Positions 48,087 through 58,262 are shown, numbered from the stretch's first letter. The stretch is 64,000 bases of DNA from an uncultured Desulfobulbaceae bacterium (GCA_965366875.1 CBDUGK010000007.1:758-64757), one strand, 5' to 3'. Notes: generated from the letters alone by a model not told the origin. Translations and numbers: made by a program.

Positions 48087-48665
48087 TTAACTCTCCACAT
48101 AAAGCACTGAATTGATGGTACCAAAGTCATCAGGTTCTTTGGATACAACGGTAGGGTCAGGAATAGGTTTATTCTCGTCAATAATGAAGGAATACCGGTG
48201 TTCACCAGATGGCACTGCCAGGGTAATCTCCCAATATCCTTCCGAACCGGTTGGGCTTAAAGGTACTTTTTGCCAATTCGTAAAGCTCCCTGTGATTTCC
48301 ACTTGTGAAGATCCTTGCTGGAAAAGGACAAAGCGGTGCTGAACTGTTGCTGGCATCAATGATGTGGAACGAAGCAACGGGTCATTAAACGAAAAAAAGT
48401 TGGCTCCCAATAGAAAAGATAAAACAAGCATTATAGACGCAGCTAATCCCAGACCCAGCGACCGCAGGTGGCTCTTAGCATTTGATAGAGGCAAAGCGGC
48501 CTCTGGTGCTGGCTGTATCAGTGCAGCGTGCAATTTTTTTTCCTGTTCAAGCATCGATACTGCATCATCTGTATAGTCCTTGTTCCCATTAATATGATTA
48601 ATGAACAATATCTTCTCTTCCAGCGACATTTCGTCATCAATATACATGCTAATAAAGTGTTCCAT
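48087..48665 (-). CDS. anti-sigma factor with periplasmic CBM48/E-set-like domain
   Basis: Short cytoplasmic N-terminus, TM (LGLGLAASIMLVLSFLLGANFF), then VEITGSFTNWQKVPLSPTGSEGYWEITLAVPSGEHRYSFIID. 1-nt overlap with the sigma gene. Confidence 0.55.
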   Translation of the reverse strand: MEHFISMYIDDEMSLEEKILFINHINGNKDYTDDAVSMLEQEKKLHAALIQPAPEAALPLSNAKSHLRSLGLGLAASIMLVLSFLLGANFFSFNDPLLRSTSLMPATVQHRFVLFQQGSSQVEITGSFTNWQKVPLSPTGSEGYWEITLAVPSGEHRYSFIIDENKPIPDPTVVSKEPDDFGTINSVLYVES

Positions 48666-49144
48666 TATTTCACCTTGTTGTTTAGCACCTTCCGGAGTCT
48701 GGTTCTCGATCGGTGAATTTTCACCTTTACATTGGCTATACTCAAATTGAAAATGGCTGCTATTTCCTTATAGGCCATACCTCCAACAGCAAGTATTAAA
48801 AGTTCTCTTTCCTGTTCCGGAAGCGCTTCAATTGCTTCATGAATAAGTGAATGTTCCTCTTTAGCAATACATGAGCTTTCCGCGTCAGGAGCAGCTTTTT
48901 GTTTTGGAATCTCTGTATTATAAATCTTGGTTTGACCTCTCTGATAATCAACCAGTGTATTGCGGGCAATGGCGAAAAGGAGAGCTGGAGAATTCACAGC
49001 CTGTCGGCCGTAGTGCTTAAAATGTCGGGTAAAACTTTCCTGCATTATATCCTGAGCAACTTCACTATTGCCACTCTTATAGCGCAAGTAATTGAAAAGT
49101 TTGTCTTTATAGTCTGTGTAAAACTGATGATACTCTTCAACCAT
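48665..49144 (-). CDS. ECF-type RNA polymerase sigma-70 factor
   Basis: Region 2 (AQDIMQESFTRHF) and region 4 HTH (LPEQERELLILAVGGMAYKEIAAIFNLSIANVKVKIHRSR). Confidence 0.85.
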   Translation of the reverse strand: MVEEYHQFYTDYKDKLFNYLRYKSGNSEVAQDIMQESFTRHFKHYGRQAVNSPALLFAIARNTLVDYQRGQTKIYNTEIPKQKAAPDAESSCIAKEEHSLIHEAIEALPEQERELLILAVGGMAYKEIAAIFNLSIANVKVKIHRSRTRLRKVLNNKVK

Positions 49145-49301
49145 AACAAGATATTAGATGTTTAATTTACTTACTTGGATCAGAGCCATTTGATATCAAT
49201 GATATTGTACGTTTATATATCCCTTTAGACTATAAACGTGATTGGAGGATAAAAGTTACAGGGATTTTAAATCATCTTCAATTTTGTGTTTGTTTAGATA
49301 G

Positions 49302-49785
49302 TCAGTCTTGGTGATCTTTAGCTTTGATAAAGGCATCGGAGACTACCATGCGCTCAGCGGCCAATGGCTCACAAGCCATAGTATATTGCACACTCCGCAA
49401 CGTTTGTACCCATAAACACTTCTTGCAGGCTGGCCAGGAGCGGCTGGTACCGGAGTTTTTATTTCTGCTATCAGTGGTTTCGGGGACTCGTCCATACAAA
49501 CTACTGGGTGCCGCGAGTCATAAGGACGCTTGTAGATATCGAGAACCATCTCCATATGTGCAACAAAGCTGCCATTCTGTTCCGGTGGTATTACCCATCC
49601 CTTCTGTTGCCAAGGCTTGAGTTCGTTTTTTTTAGAATCCGACGTATAGATTCATGTGAAAGGTTGCCGATGTAATCAAGTTCGACGACTTGGTCCGCCA
49701 GTAACCTCAAACTCCATCTGGCACATCCTTCCGGTGGTTTGCTGCGGCTGAGAGCAACCAGGTGTGACATGACACTCGTTAGCAT
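49302..49785 (-). mobile_element. IS630-family transposase remnant (frameshifted, truncated)
   Basis: PPEGCARWSLRLLADQVVEL...SHESIRRILKK, then in another frame MEMVLDIYKRPYDSRHPVVCMDESPK, then a third frame. The DDE C-terminal half is absent. Confidence 0.6.
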
Positions 49786-50048
49786 TTCGCCCTAACATTT
49801 TCCTCAACAATGGATATGTGGGGCAATTCTCTAGAAGAAAGGTCCACGAGCGGATCTGACAAGCAATTTTTCCTTTCCACAAAATACAAAAATAGGTTTC
49901 CATATAAAGAATCAAAACATGAGAAGGTGTAAAATTCTGGTCTCGTTACAGCACAGGGACCAGTGATTTTTCGCTTTTTCCGGGAGTATTGCCTTGATGA
50001 CAGCTTCACTTGTTCTTTATCTGTTCTTGGTTTCGATAGTTTTGAAAA

Positions 50049-51269
50049 TTGATGATACGCACTAAAACAATTAAATCATATGGATACATCATATTCACCG
50101 CCTGCTTTACCATTCAGGCTGTGGGGATTGGCTCTTACGTAGCTTACGGTGTTTTTTTTAATGCTCTTATGGCCGAGTTTCAATGGTCAAGAGCTACAAT
50201 CTCGGGTGCCTCATCCTTGGCATTTTTTATGATGGGTTTTGTCGGTATCTTGATTGGACACCTCAATGACCGGTATGGGCCTCGCCAATTGATGTCAGCC
50301 ACTTCTCTCTTTTTCGGAGCTGGGCTTATTTTGATGTCTCAGGTGAATTCGGTCCTGCAACTCTACATTTTTTATGGTGTTTTACTTGGCATTGGCTTGA
50401 GTTCAATAGATGTTATTGCCCTTACCACCATAGCCCGCTGGTTTTCTCTTCGGCGTGGAGCGATGACCGGCCTTGTAAAGGTAGGTACTGGGGCAGGTCA
50501 ATTCACCATACCGCTGATCGCAAGTTTTCTTATTGGTTTGGTAGGCTGGCGACAAACGTATCTCATCATTGGTCTGGTAGCGTCATTTTTATTATTCGGG
50601 GTTGCCCAGATCCTCAAACGAGACCCTTATGATTATCAGCCTGTAAGCAAAAAAGAGCCATCACCGAGTCATCAGACGAGCAAAAATGAAAGCACGGGCT
50701 TGAGCTTTGAAAAAACAAGAAAGACCTATCAGTTCTGGAATCTTTGTATTGTTAATTTCTTAGTCGTATTCTGCCTTATGAGCATCATCATTCACATTGT
50801 GCCTCATGCTCGAGATATTGGGTTGTCTGCCCACCAGGCTGCTGGAACCCTGTCAACAATCGGGGGTGTTAGCATGATAGGCCGATTTGTGTCAGGTTTT
50901 GCCATCGATCGATATGGCAGCAGGACAATCATGGGCGCTTGCCTCTTGCTTTTAATCATCTCATTATTGTGGCTACAGATTGCACAGTCACTCTGGATGC
51001 TTTTCCTCTTTGCCTGTATCTATGGGCTTGCTCATGGGGGCTTCTATACTGCAATATCGCCTATCCTCGCTGAAGTTTTTGGCATAAAGGCTCATGGAAC
51101 TATTTTGGGTATTGTTGTCTGCTTTGGCACAACTGGCGGCGCAATAGGTCCGATTTTCACTGGCCAGCTTTTCGATATGACAGGCAGCTATGCTACCGCA
51201 TTTTGGACGTTCATTATTACAAGCACTTGCAGCTTTGGCATACTTTCCTTATTAAAACCGATCAAATAA
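50049..51269 (+). CDS. MFS transporter (oxalate/formate antiporter-like)
   Basis: 12 TM segments, 406 aa. ATG at 50052 may be the real start. Confidence 0.85.
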   Translation: MMIRTKTIKSYGYIIFTACFTIQAVGIGSYVAYGVFFNALMAEFQWSRATISGASSLAFFMMGFVGILIGHLNDRYGPRQLMSATSLFFGAGLILMSQVNSVLQLYIFYGVLLGIGLSSIDVIALTTIARWFSLRRGAMTGLVKVGTGAGQFTIPLIASFLIGLVGWRQTYLIIGLVASFLLFGVAQILKRDPYDYQPVSKKEPSPSHQTSKNESTGLSFEKTRKTYQFWNLCIVNFLVVFCLMSIIIHIVPHARDIGLSAHQAAGTLSTIGGVSMIGRFVSGFAIDRYGSRTIMGACLLLLIISLLWLQIAQSLWMLFLFACIYGLAHGGFYTAISPILAEVFGIKAHGTILGIVVCFGTTGGAIGPIFTGQLFDMTGSYATAFWTFIITSTCSFGILSLLKPIK

Positions 51270-51463
51270 TACCAGTTCATACCTGTTTTGCTTTTCCATA
51301 TTAAATCGGCCCACAGTCACTTTTTAAATCTCGGATCTGAAGGTGCATAGTAATAGCCGTATGCTAGAGGGAAAAGGATTGCCTGAGGTAAGGTTGACAG
51401 GCAAGGAATTGATGATAAACTCAGATTTAGTTCTTCCTGATAATCTGAAAAGAAGAAAAAGAC

Positions 51464-52318
51464 ATGGAGCGAATACTACTGGCTGGTGCGACCGGGTACT
51501 TGGGGCGATTCATCCTGGAAGTACTGCGGCAAAGAGGCTACCCCGTGAGGGCCCTTGTTCGTGATGCAGGAAGGTTACCAATCGACGATTATCATATCCT
51601 CGATCTTTGCGAAGCAGAGATCACCGATCCTGGATCGATTAAAGGGTGCTGTGATACTTTTGATGTCGTAATTTCCACGGTCGGTATCACAAGGCAGAAG
51701 GACGGGCTTTCTTATATTGATGTTGATTACCAGGCAAATGTGAATCTCCTTGAAGAAGCGCAGCGGGCAGGAGTCAGCAAATTTATCTATGTTTCTGCCC
51801 TTAACGCTGACAAGTTGAAACACCTTTCAATGTGCAGGGCCAAGGAACTTTTTGTTAAAAAACTTACCAGTTCAGGGATGGACTATTGCGTGATCAGACC
51901 CAACGGATTTTTCTCGGATATGGCAGAGTTTCATACCATGGCCCAACGAGGACGAGCTTATCTCTTCGGCAGAGGTGAATTTCGGTCTAATCCGATCCAT
52001 GGTGCTGACTTGGCATCTGTTTGCGTAGATACCATCAATTTGCCCGATCAAGAGCTTGAGGTCGGAGGACCCGAAACATTATCACATCAAGAAATCGCCC
52101 AATATGCTTTTGAATCACTTGAGAAACCACTGAAAATCAGTTACATCCCAGAATGGTTGAGAAAGTTCGTCCTTCTAGTACTGCAAAAAACGACCAAACA
52201 GACTTTTCATGGCCCTGTAGAATTTTTTCTGACTGTAATGGCAATGGATATGATTGCCCCTGAGTACGGTAGCCTCACTCTTAAAAAGTTTTTCTCCGAT
52301 TTGAGAGAACAGGAATGA
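51464..52318 (+). CDS. NAD(P)-binding SDR/NmrA-like oxidoreductase
   Basis: MERILLAGATGYLGRFILEVL Rossmann start, 284 aa. Confidence 0.75.
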   Translation: MERILLAGATGYLGRFILEVLRQRGYPVRALVRDAGRLPIDDYHILDLCEAEITDPGSIKGCCDTFDVVISTVGITRQKDGLSYIDVDYQANVNLLEEAQRAGVSKFIYVSALNADKLKHLSMCRAKELFVKKLTSSGMDYCVIRPNGFFSDMAEFHTMAQRGRAYLFGRGEFRSNPIHGADLASVCVDTINLPDQELEVGGPETLSHQEIAQYAFESLEKPLKISYIPEWLRKFVLLVLQKTTKQTFHGPVEFFLTVMAMDMIAPEYGSLTLKKFFSDLREQE

Positions 52319-52379
52319 GGCATAGTTTGAGATACGTTTTGGAAAGATCTTCGCTGTGATGTAGCAACTATGCTGAAGG

Positions 52380-52614
52380 TATTTCCTCTACCAAAGATTA
52401 CAGCAGGCGGGGTCATATCCCAGTTTATGAGCAATTGATTTCGAACGGCTTCGTCTCTATCTTCGGTGCAGCATGTTTCAATAAGCCACGTTTCAAATGC
52501 GTCGTTCATCGCCTTGTCCCGGCCGTTGTCGGGTGATAAGAACGCCTTCATGTTGTGGAGTGAAAACCCTGAGCCGATAATGAGTAAATTTTGATGCTGA
52601 ATGGTTGCCGGCAT
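52380..52614 (-). pseudogene. fragment of a LigB-type (class III extradiol, DODA/YgiD-like) dioxygenase
   Basis: NLLIIGSGFSLHNM ... NDAFETWL ... LLINWDMTPPA fits the C-terminal third of the family. The N-terminal two-thirds are absent and the frame is lost after PPA. Confidence 0.45.
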
Positions 52615-52963
52615 CTGCTAACAGGGGCAGTGGCCCCCTCCGTGAGAGATGTACAACGTTCTATGCTGGTGTTTCTTATTCGTTTTTTTTATATCCAGGG
52701 GTGGCTCGACTGTTTGTCAAAAACAGAGTCAAGATCGTTTACTGCCTCTTCAGTTCGCATGTAAGCATAGTGAGGATATAACTCAAATGTCCGAATTGTC
52801 TGGTCAGTCATTGGGGTACGTCTACAAATGTCAGAAACGACGTGATTGATACAGTCTCCCAGCCCGTATTGACCAAATGTAAGCCGAATCTATCATATTC
52901 ACGCTGGCAGAGCCCTGCTTACCTGACCTTGCCCACAGGTCCAGGTTTTAGGTTTTAAAACAC

Positions 52964-52998
52964 AAAAGGCCTGTAGTAAAAATCACTACAGGCCTTTT
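52964..52998 (-). terminator. rho-independent terminator downstream of csp
   Basis: Perfect 14-bp stem AAAAGGCCTGTAGT / ACTACAGGCCTTTT with a 7-nt loop. T-rich run follows on the minus strand. 48 nt after the csp stop. Confidence 0.7.
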
Positions 52999-53045
52999 GT
53001 GCTATGTTGCAACCACGAGGTGGTTACAGCCTATGTGTCCAGCTC

Positions 53046-53246
53046 TTACAGTTGAACGACATTGGCAGCTGCCGGTCCTTTGGGACCGTCGGTTATCTCA
53101 AACGATACGCGGGCGCCTTCGTCCAGAGATTTAAATCCCTGGGACTGAATTGCTGAGTGGTGGACAAAAACATCGTCACCGTCTGTCTGAGCAATAAATC
53201 CGAAACCTTTAGCATCGTTAAACCACTTTACTGTTCCTTCTACCAT
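53046..53246 (-). CDS. csp: cold-shock protein (CspA family)
   Basis: [15 protein letters not shown] ... DVFVHHSAI (RNP1/RNP2 motifs), 66 aa. Confidence 0.95.
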   Translation of the reverse strand: MVEGTVKWFNDAKGFGFIAQTDGDDVFVHHSAIQSQGFKSLDEGARVSFEITDGPKGPAAANVVQL

Positions 53247-53269
53247 TTTGTACTACCTCACTTTGTGTC

Positions 53270-53347
53270 GGTTTCCTTTGGAAACCATTTTTTAATAAAC
53301 CGGCCTTCCATTATTGGGGCCGGTAAAATCGTTTTGTTGCCAAAACG
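53270..53347 (-). other. three consecutive perfect hairpins in the rhlE-csp spacer
   Basis: GGTTTCC/GGAAACC (53270-53286), ACCGGCC/GGCCGGT (53299-53324, followed by TTTATT on the minus strand), CGTTTTG/CAAAACG (53330-53347). Read directly. Confidence 0.6.
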
Positions 53348-53359
53348 GGTATTGCGGTA

Positions 53360-54658
53360 TTACGGCCTTGCTGAAATACCAAAATCAAATGATGCGGCGC
53401 GGTTGCGCTGAGATGATTTTTTACCGCGAGTATGACTCTTGTTCCTGCCATTTCTGGGAGTAGTCGGCCGATTTTCTAATTTATCATTATTTTCTGCACG
53501 GAGGGAAACAGGTTTTCCTCTCTGTGGGTTTGATGGTGCGGGCGCTGCTGAAAATGTCGATTTCCCGTAGGTCAGACGTGAGCCAAGCGCCCGGTCAAGG
53601 GCTTTAATCATTCTCTCGTTATCCGATGTGGCAAAAGTGAATGCTTCACCATTCTGGCTGGCCCGACCGGTACGACCGGTTCGATGGGTATATACTTCAG
53701 CATTTTCCGGCATATCGAAATTAATGACATGGGAAATGTTAGACACATCGATGCCGCGAGCGGCAATATCCGTTGCTACCATGATCGTATAGGTGCCGTT
53801 CTTAAAACCATCGAGGGATTGCTGCCGTTTCTGCTGTGACATATTTCCCTGGAGTGCCGTGGCTTTGTGACCACTCTTCTCCAGATTCAGAGCCAGGCTC
53901 CTGGCCTTGTGTTTCGTCCTGGTGAAAACAATAGCAGTTGCTATCTTTTCATCTCGCAGAAGGTGCTTGAGCAGAGGTGTCTTCTGCGTCTGATCGACCC
54001 GGTAGAGAACGTGGGAGATCGTTGCAATGGACTTTTCATGATCAACCTGTACGGTAACCGGATTGACCAGTATGTCCTCAACCAGAGACCTGATCTCTTT
54101 GGGCATGGTAGCAGAAAACACCAGAGTCTGACGCTTTACCGGCACATTTTTTATGATCCGGCGAATATCGGGAAGAAACCCCTGGTCGAACATGTGGTCG
54201 GCTTCATCAAGGACCAGCATCTCAACTCCGGAGAGGTTTACCGCCCGGTCATTTACCAGATCAAGAAGACGCCCCGGGCAGGCGACAACAATCTCTACAC
54301 CCCTGCGGATCGTGTTGATCTGCGCCTGTTTGCTGACGCCGCCATAAACGACAACGCTGCGAAGATTTGTACCTTTGGCCAGTTTACCGATGTAGCTGTG
54401 TGTCTGCTCGGCTAGCTCCCTGGTGGGGGAAATAATTAAGGCACGAACTTTGTTCCTGGGACCTGAGCAGAGACGCTGCAGGATAGGAAGCACGAATGCT
54501 GCCGTTTTCCCGGTACCGGTCTGGGCCAGACCCATCAGGTCACGCCCCTCTAAAACCGGTCGGATAGCCTGTTCCTGGATAGGTGTCGGTGTTTGGTACC
54601 CGCAGCTATCAAGGGCTGTCTGAATCCGGTCATGAAAGTGAAAATTTTTAAAACTCAT
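53360..54658 (-). CDS. rhlE: DEAD-box ATP-dependent RNA helicase (RhlE-like)
   Basis: Q motif, AQTGTGKT, DEAD (VLDEADHMF), SAT, HRTGRTGRA. Basic C-terminal tail. Confidence 0.9.
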   Translation of the reverse strand: MSFKNFHFHDRIQTALDSCGYQTPTPIQEQAIRPVLEGRDLMGLAQTGTGKTAAFVLPILQRLCSGPRNKVRALIISPTRELAEQTHSYIGKLAKGTNLRSVVVYGGVSKQAQINTIRRGVEIVVACPGRLLDLVNDRAVNLSGVEMLVLDEADHMFDQGFLPDIRRIIKNVPVKRQTLVFSATMPKEIRSLVEDILVNPVTVQVDHEKSIATISHVLYRVDQTQKTPLLKHLLRDEKIATAIVFTRTKHKARSLALNLEKSGHKATALQGNMSQQKRQQSLDGFKNGTYTIMVATDIAARGIDVSNISHVINFDMPENAEVYTHRTGRTGRASQNGEAFTFATSDNERMIKALDRALGSRLTYGKSTFSAAPAPSNPQRGKPVSLRAENNDKLENRPTTPRNGRNKSHTRGKKSSQRNRAASFDFGISARP

Positions 54659-54879
54659 TAAAACTCCTTTTAATTGCTATGTGAACATGGGATCAGTTCG
54701 ATATGTTTTTGATCCATGCTCCGTAAAACAGCGTTATCGCCGCTTTTGATTATAAATGTAAAATAGTATTTGATGTTTGAAAATGTTGATAATTGGGGTG
54801 AATTACTAACGAAGGGAGTAGCTCTGGATATCCGTTGAAGGGTATAAAAATTGTCTTTAAGGGATTAAATCAAACAGAC

Positions 54880-55155
54880 TCAGCTTGTCAGGGGTTGCTG
54901 CGGCTCTCTGCACGGCAGCGGACTGACTTTTTTTACAACCAGTCTGCTCTCGGCCAAGCCACTGCCATTCAGCATCTTTATTGCCTTTTCACCATCTCTC
55001 GTTCGTTGCATCTCAATATAGCCGAAACACTTCGATTGCCTGGTGTAGTGATCAGTAACTATGTGGACCGTGTCTACCGTACCATGAACGGAAAAAAGCT
55101 TTTCCAACTCTCGTTCGGTGGTGCTGTAGTCAAAGTTACCAACATATATTTCCAA
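54880..55155 (-). CDS. RRM-type RNA-binding protein
   Basis: IYVGNFDY (RNP2) and KCFGYIEM (RNP1), 91 aa. Confidence 0.85.
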   Translation of the reverse strand: MEIYVGNFDYSTTERELEKLFSVHGTVDTVHIVTDHYTRQSKCFGYIEMQRTRDGEKAIKMLNGSGLAESRLVVKKVSPLPCREPQQPLTS

Positions 55156-55282
55156 TCTGTACTCCTAAATTGAGGCAATCTGCAAAATACTTCTACGATG
55201 GCAAACGGTGTGGGAAAAAACAACGCTGACAGGAAAACGCGAAGGAGTGTGCTTCTGCTTTAATAAATTCAAACTCTGCACA

Positions 55283-55531
55283 GTATAACTGTTATTTTGG
55301 GATTTACAAGCAAATAACGAGAAACGATCTCTTATTCCGGGACAAGGACGAGCGCAAAGGTGAAATGGCTATGGATCTGCCGGATAATAAAAAAGTAACG
55401 TAATACCACCTGAAGGGTCATTTTACTGCCTGAGTCCTGGATACATTTATGGCTAACCTGTTTTCTCATTATTTCCTGTGTAGAAATTGAGCTTAGATAT
55501 GACACTAAATAGCTTGAGTGTTCTCTTATAC
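55283..55531 (-). repeat. degenerate, expanded relative of the attC-like repeat family
   Basis: GTATAAC...CAAGCAAATAACG (left arm), TAATACCACCTGAAGGG and CCTGAGTCCTGGATACATTTATGG (centre, compare copy A CCTGAGGAGTCCGGTATACGTTTAATGG), AGCTTGAGTGTTCTCTTATAC (right arm). By-eye alignment only. Confidence 0.3.
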
Positions 55532-55784
55532 CTGACAGGTTCCCAGAGAAAGGCTGCCCAGAGTTTACATCAAGGTCGAGTTGTGTAAAATTTCGGCAGT
55601 TAAGAAGTGCCCAGGGATATCTTTCAGGTTTTCTTTAACTATGGTTTAACGATGTGACCACAGAATGGGGTAAGACAGTTTACCCCGGAATCAGTGCTGT
55701 CAGCACGGTTTTTCGGGCCTGATTAATTCCAGGCCCCCCGGCCCTTTTAGTTTCAATTTTTTCTGCAGGCTGATATCACGCATC

Positions 55785-57464
55785 TCAGCTCATCTGCTGT
55801 CTGCTGATATCGAGCTTACGATCATTGATTCTAACTCTTTTAAGGAGCTGAAAGGTGTCTGTCGGCATGCTGTAAGGCAGGTCTACCGTGCTGTGATCTT
55901 CATTAATGGTGATCCTGCCGATAAACTTGCTGCTGATATCAGCTTCATTGGCAATGGCTCCGACGATATTGCCTGGTTTCACGCCATGCAGCTTACCAAT
56001 CTCTATCCGATAGCGTTCCATCCCTTTGTCGGGTGCGCTACTCATCCGTTTTTTGGGCCTGTTTTTCCTCTCATGCTTTCGGGGTGACCGTTCCTTTGCA
56101 GACTGCCTCAGGTTTTGCCGGGGATTTTCCTGTTTCTCTTCGAGAAAGAGCGGGGTTTCCCCCTGCGCCATCTGAGCCAGGGCGGCGGTCAGCAGATCGC
56201 CGTCTACATCATAGGTCTTGCGATAGTCGGCGATAAGCTTCAGGTGGAAATCCAGATCAGCCTCCAGCAGGGTATCGGTAATGCGGCACTTAAAGGCTTC
56301 AGCTCGTTTCATGTTTACAGCCTTAACTGTTGGCAGGGCCATCTCGGTTATTTTCTGGCGGGTGACTTTTTCGATCCCGTAAAGCGCTTTTCTCTCCCGT
56401 GGATGAACAAAGAGAATCGCCTCGCCGCTTCTTCCCGCCCTGCCCGTCCGCCCTATCCGGTGGATGTAAGCTTCGGTATCAAAAGGGATGTCGAAATTTA
56501 CCACATGGCTAATGCGCTCAACATCCAGGCCTCGGGCAGCGACATCGGTTGCAACCAGAACATCGATTTTCCCTGATTTCAACTGCTCGACGGTACGCTG
56601 TCTCTGATTTTGGGGAATGTCCCCATTCAGCGGCGCACAGCTATGCCCAAGCGCGCTGAGCTGTTCGGCCAGTTCGACCGTCTGGATTTTCGTCCGGACA
56701 AAAACCAGCATTCCATCAACGTTATCGACCTCGAGCAGACGTCTGAGCGCTTCAAGTTTATGGCCATATCCGTCAGCCACCAGGTAGCGTTGGTTAATTA
56801 AGTTCGCAGTCGCCGTGCGTCCCTTGATGGTAATTTCCTTTGGATCCTGCAGATATTTTCGCGCTATCCTGCGAATTGAGGGTGGCATCGTCGCAGAGAA
56901 CAAGGTGATTTGCCGTTGTTCGGGAATCCCTTCCAGCAGCCATTCCACGTCCTCGAGAAAACCCATGTTGAGCATCTCGTCGGCCTCATCCAGAACAAAA
57001 CTACTGATGGTCTCAAGTTTCAGGCTTCCTCTGCGCACATGATCCATCACCCGGCCAGGTGTGCCGACAATGACCTGCGCACCTTTGCTGAGCTGCTTGA
57101 GCTGGATCGCGTAATCCTGGCCTCCGAAAATCGGCAGGACATTGAGTTTTTTCAGGTACTGTCCATAATTCTTAAACGATTCAGCGACCTGGATGGCAAG
57201 TTCCCGCGTGGGAGTCAGCACCAGCACCTGAGGTTTTGAGGATTTGAGGTCAATACGAGAGAGCAGGGGTAACGCAAAGGCGGCGGTCTTGCCGGTACCC
57301 GTCTGGGCCTGTCCGACAACATCCCTGCCCGCCAGAACCGGAGGTATGACTTCAACCTGTATTTGGGTCGGAGCCTCATACCCCTGGGCTGTCAGTGCCT
57401 TGAGCAGTTCTTTGCTGAGGCCAAGGTCGGAAAAAAGCGATGGTTCTGAGTTTTCAGAAAACAT
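55785..57464 (-). CDS. deaD: DEAD-box RNA helicase (DeaD/CsdA-like) with DbpA-type C-terminal RNA-binding domain
   Basis: AQTGTGKT, DEAD (VLDEADEML), SAT, HRIGRTGRAG. C-terminal GVKPGNIVGAIANEA region. Confidence 0.9.
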   Translation of the reverse strand: MFSENSEPSLFSDLGLSKELLKALTAQGYEAPTQIQVEVIPPVLAGRDVVGQAQTGTGKTAAFALPLLSRIDLKSSKPQVLVLTPTRELAIQVAESFKNYGQYLKKLNVLPIFGGQDYAIQLKQLSKGAQVIVGTPGRVMDHVRRGSLKLETISSFVLDEADEMLNMGFLEDVEWLLEGIPEQRQITLFSATMPPSIRRIARKYLQDPKEITIKGRTATANLINQRYLVADGYGHKLEALRRLLEVDNVDGMLVFVRTKIQTVELAEQLSALGHSCAPLNGDIPQNQRQRTVEQLKSGKIDVLVATDVAARGLDVERISHVVNFDIPFDTEAYIHRIGRTGRAGRSGEAILFVHPRERKALYGIEKVTRQKITEMALPTVKAVNMKRAEAFKCRITDTLLEADLDFHLKLIADYRKTYDVDGDLLTAALAQMAQGETPLFLEEKQENPRQNLRQSAKERSPRKHERKNRPKKRMSSAPDKGMERYRIEIGKLHGVKPGNIVGAIANEADISSKFIGRITINEDHSTVDLPYSMPTDTFQLLKRVRINDRKLDISRQQMS

Positions 57465-58262
57465 AAAAAAGTCCTATAGGTTATTCCCACTGAAGAAACA
57501 CGTGTACATAATCTGCCATGGAAAACAATTTCAGCCTGACAAGCTATAATGTCACTCTGTCGATACTGAAGAAAATGTGTCTGGCCAGTTATGCGAAATG
57601 TACCCATACATTTATGTTCTGGTCTGACACTCACCCGCGACGGAATAAGAAAGCAATGCAGAAGGATCATCAGAGAGGGAACCTGTATTCAAGGAAATGG
57701 AAACAGGATACACTGCAAGAGAGATCTTGACGGCAGGAGAACTCTATCGGTCGCTCACAAAAGGGAATCTATTTAACAGGCTTCATCAGGATATGCAACA
57801 GATTTTACTTCTAAATGGGCTGAGAAACGAGCAGCCCGGTCCTCATCAAGCCTTGCGGAGAGATTACCCGACTACTATTTCATTAGTTGCATCCAACGGT
57901 TTATGCGGAAACATGCCGACAAGAGTCATTACTGCCCCAAAAAAATGAATGGTAGTAATGCAAGTTGAAACGTTCTAAGTCCATCAATCGCGATAACTCC
58001 TCCAAGTAAGGCAAAGGCAACAATCATGATGAAATATTCTGAGTATTTTGAGTGCCATGTTCGCTGATTAGATTGGTTACAAATGAATATTCAGCAACGG
58101 TGTAAAACTGGCCAAGAACAACTGCTAAGGTAAAAATGGCAATACCGACTCTCATTAGTGTAAGCATGCTATGAGATCTACAGTTACTGACATGGTCTAT
58201 TATCCCATTACTGAAATTGCCCGCCAGATCACAGAAAGTGCCAGGAATAGGATCAGTTATTT

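Noticed and set aside
57950-58250. Frameshifted membrane protein gene on the minus strand (MRVGIAIFTLAVVLGQFYTVAEYSFVTNLISEHGTQ..., possibly DUF998-like).
   Set aside because: The fragments are under 50 aa each and my family assignment is only a vague impression, which is not enough to call a feature.
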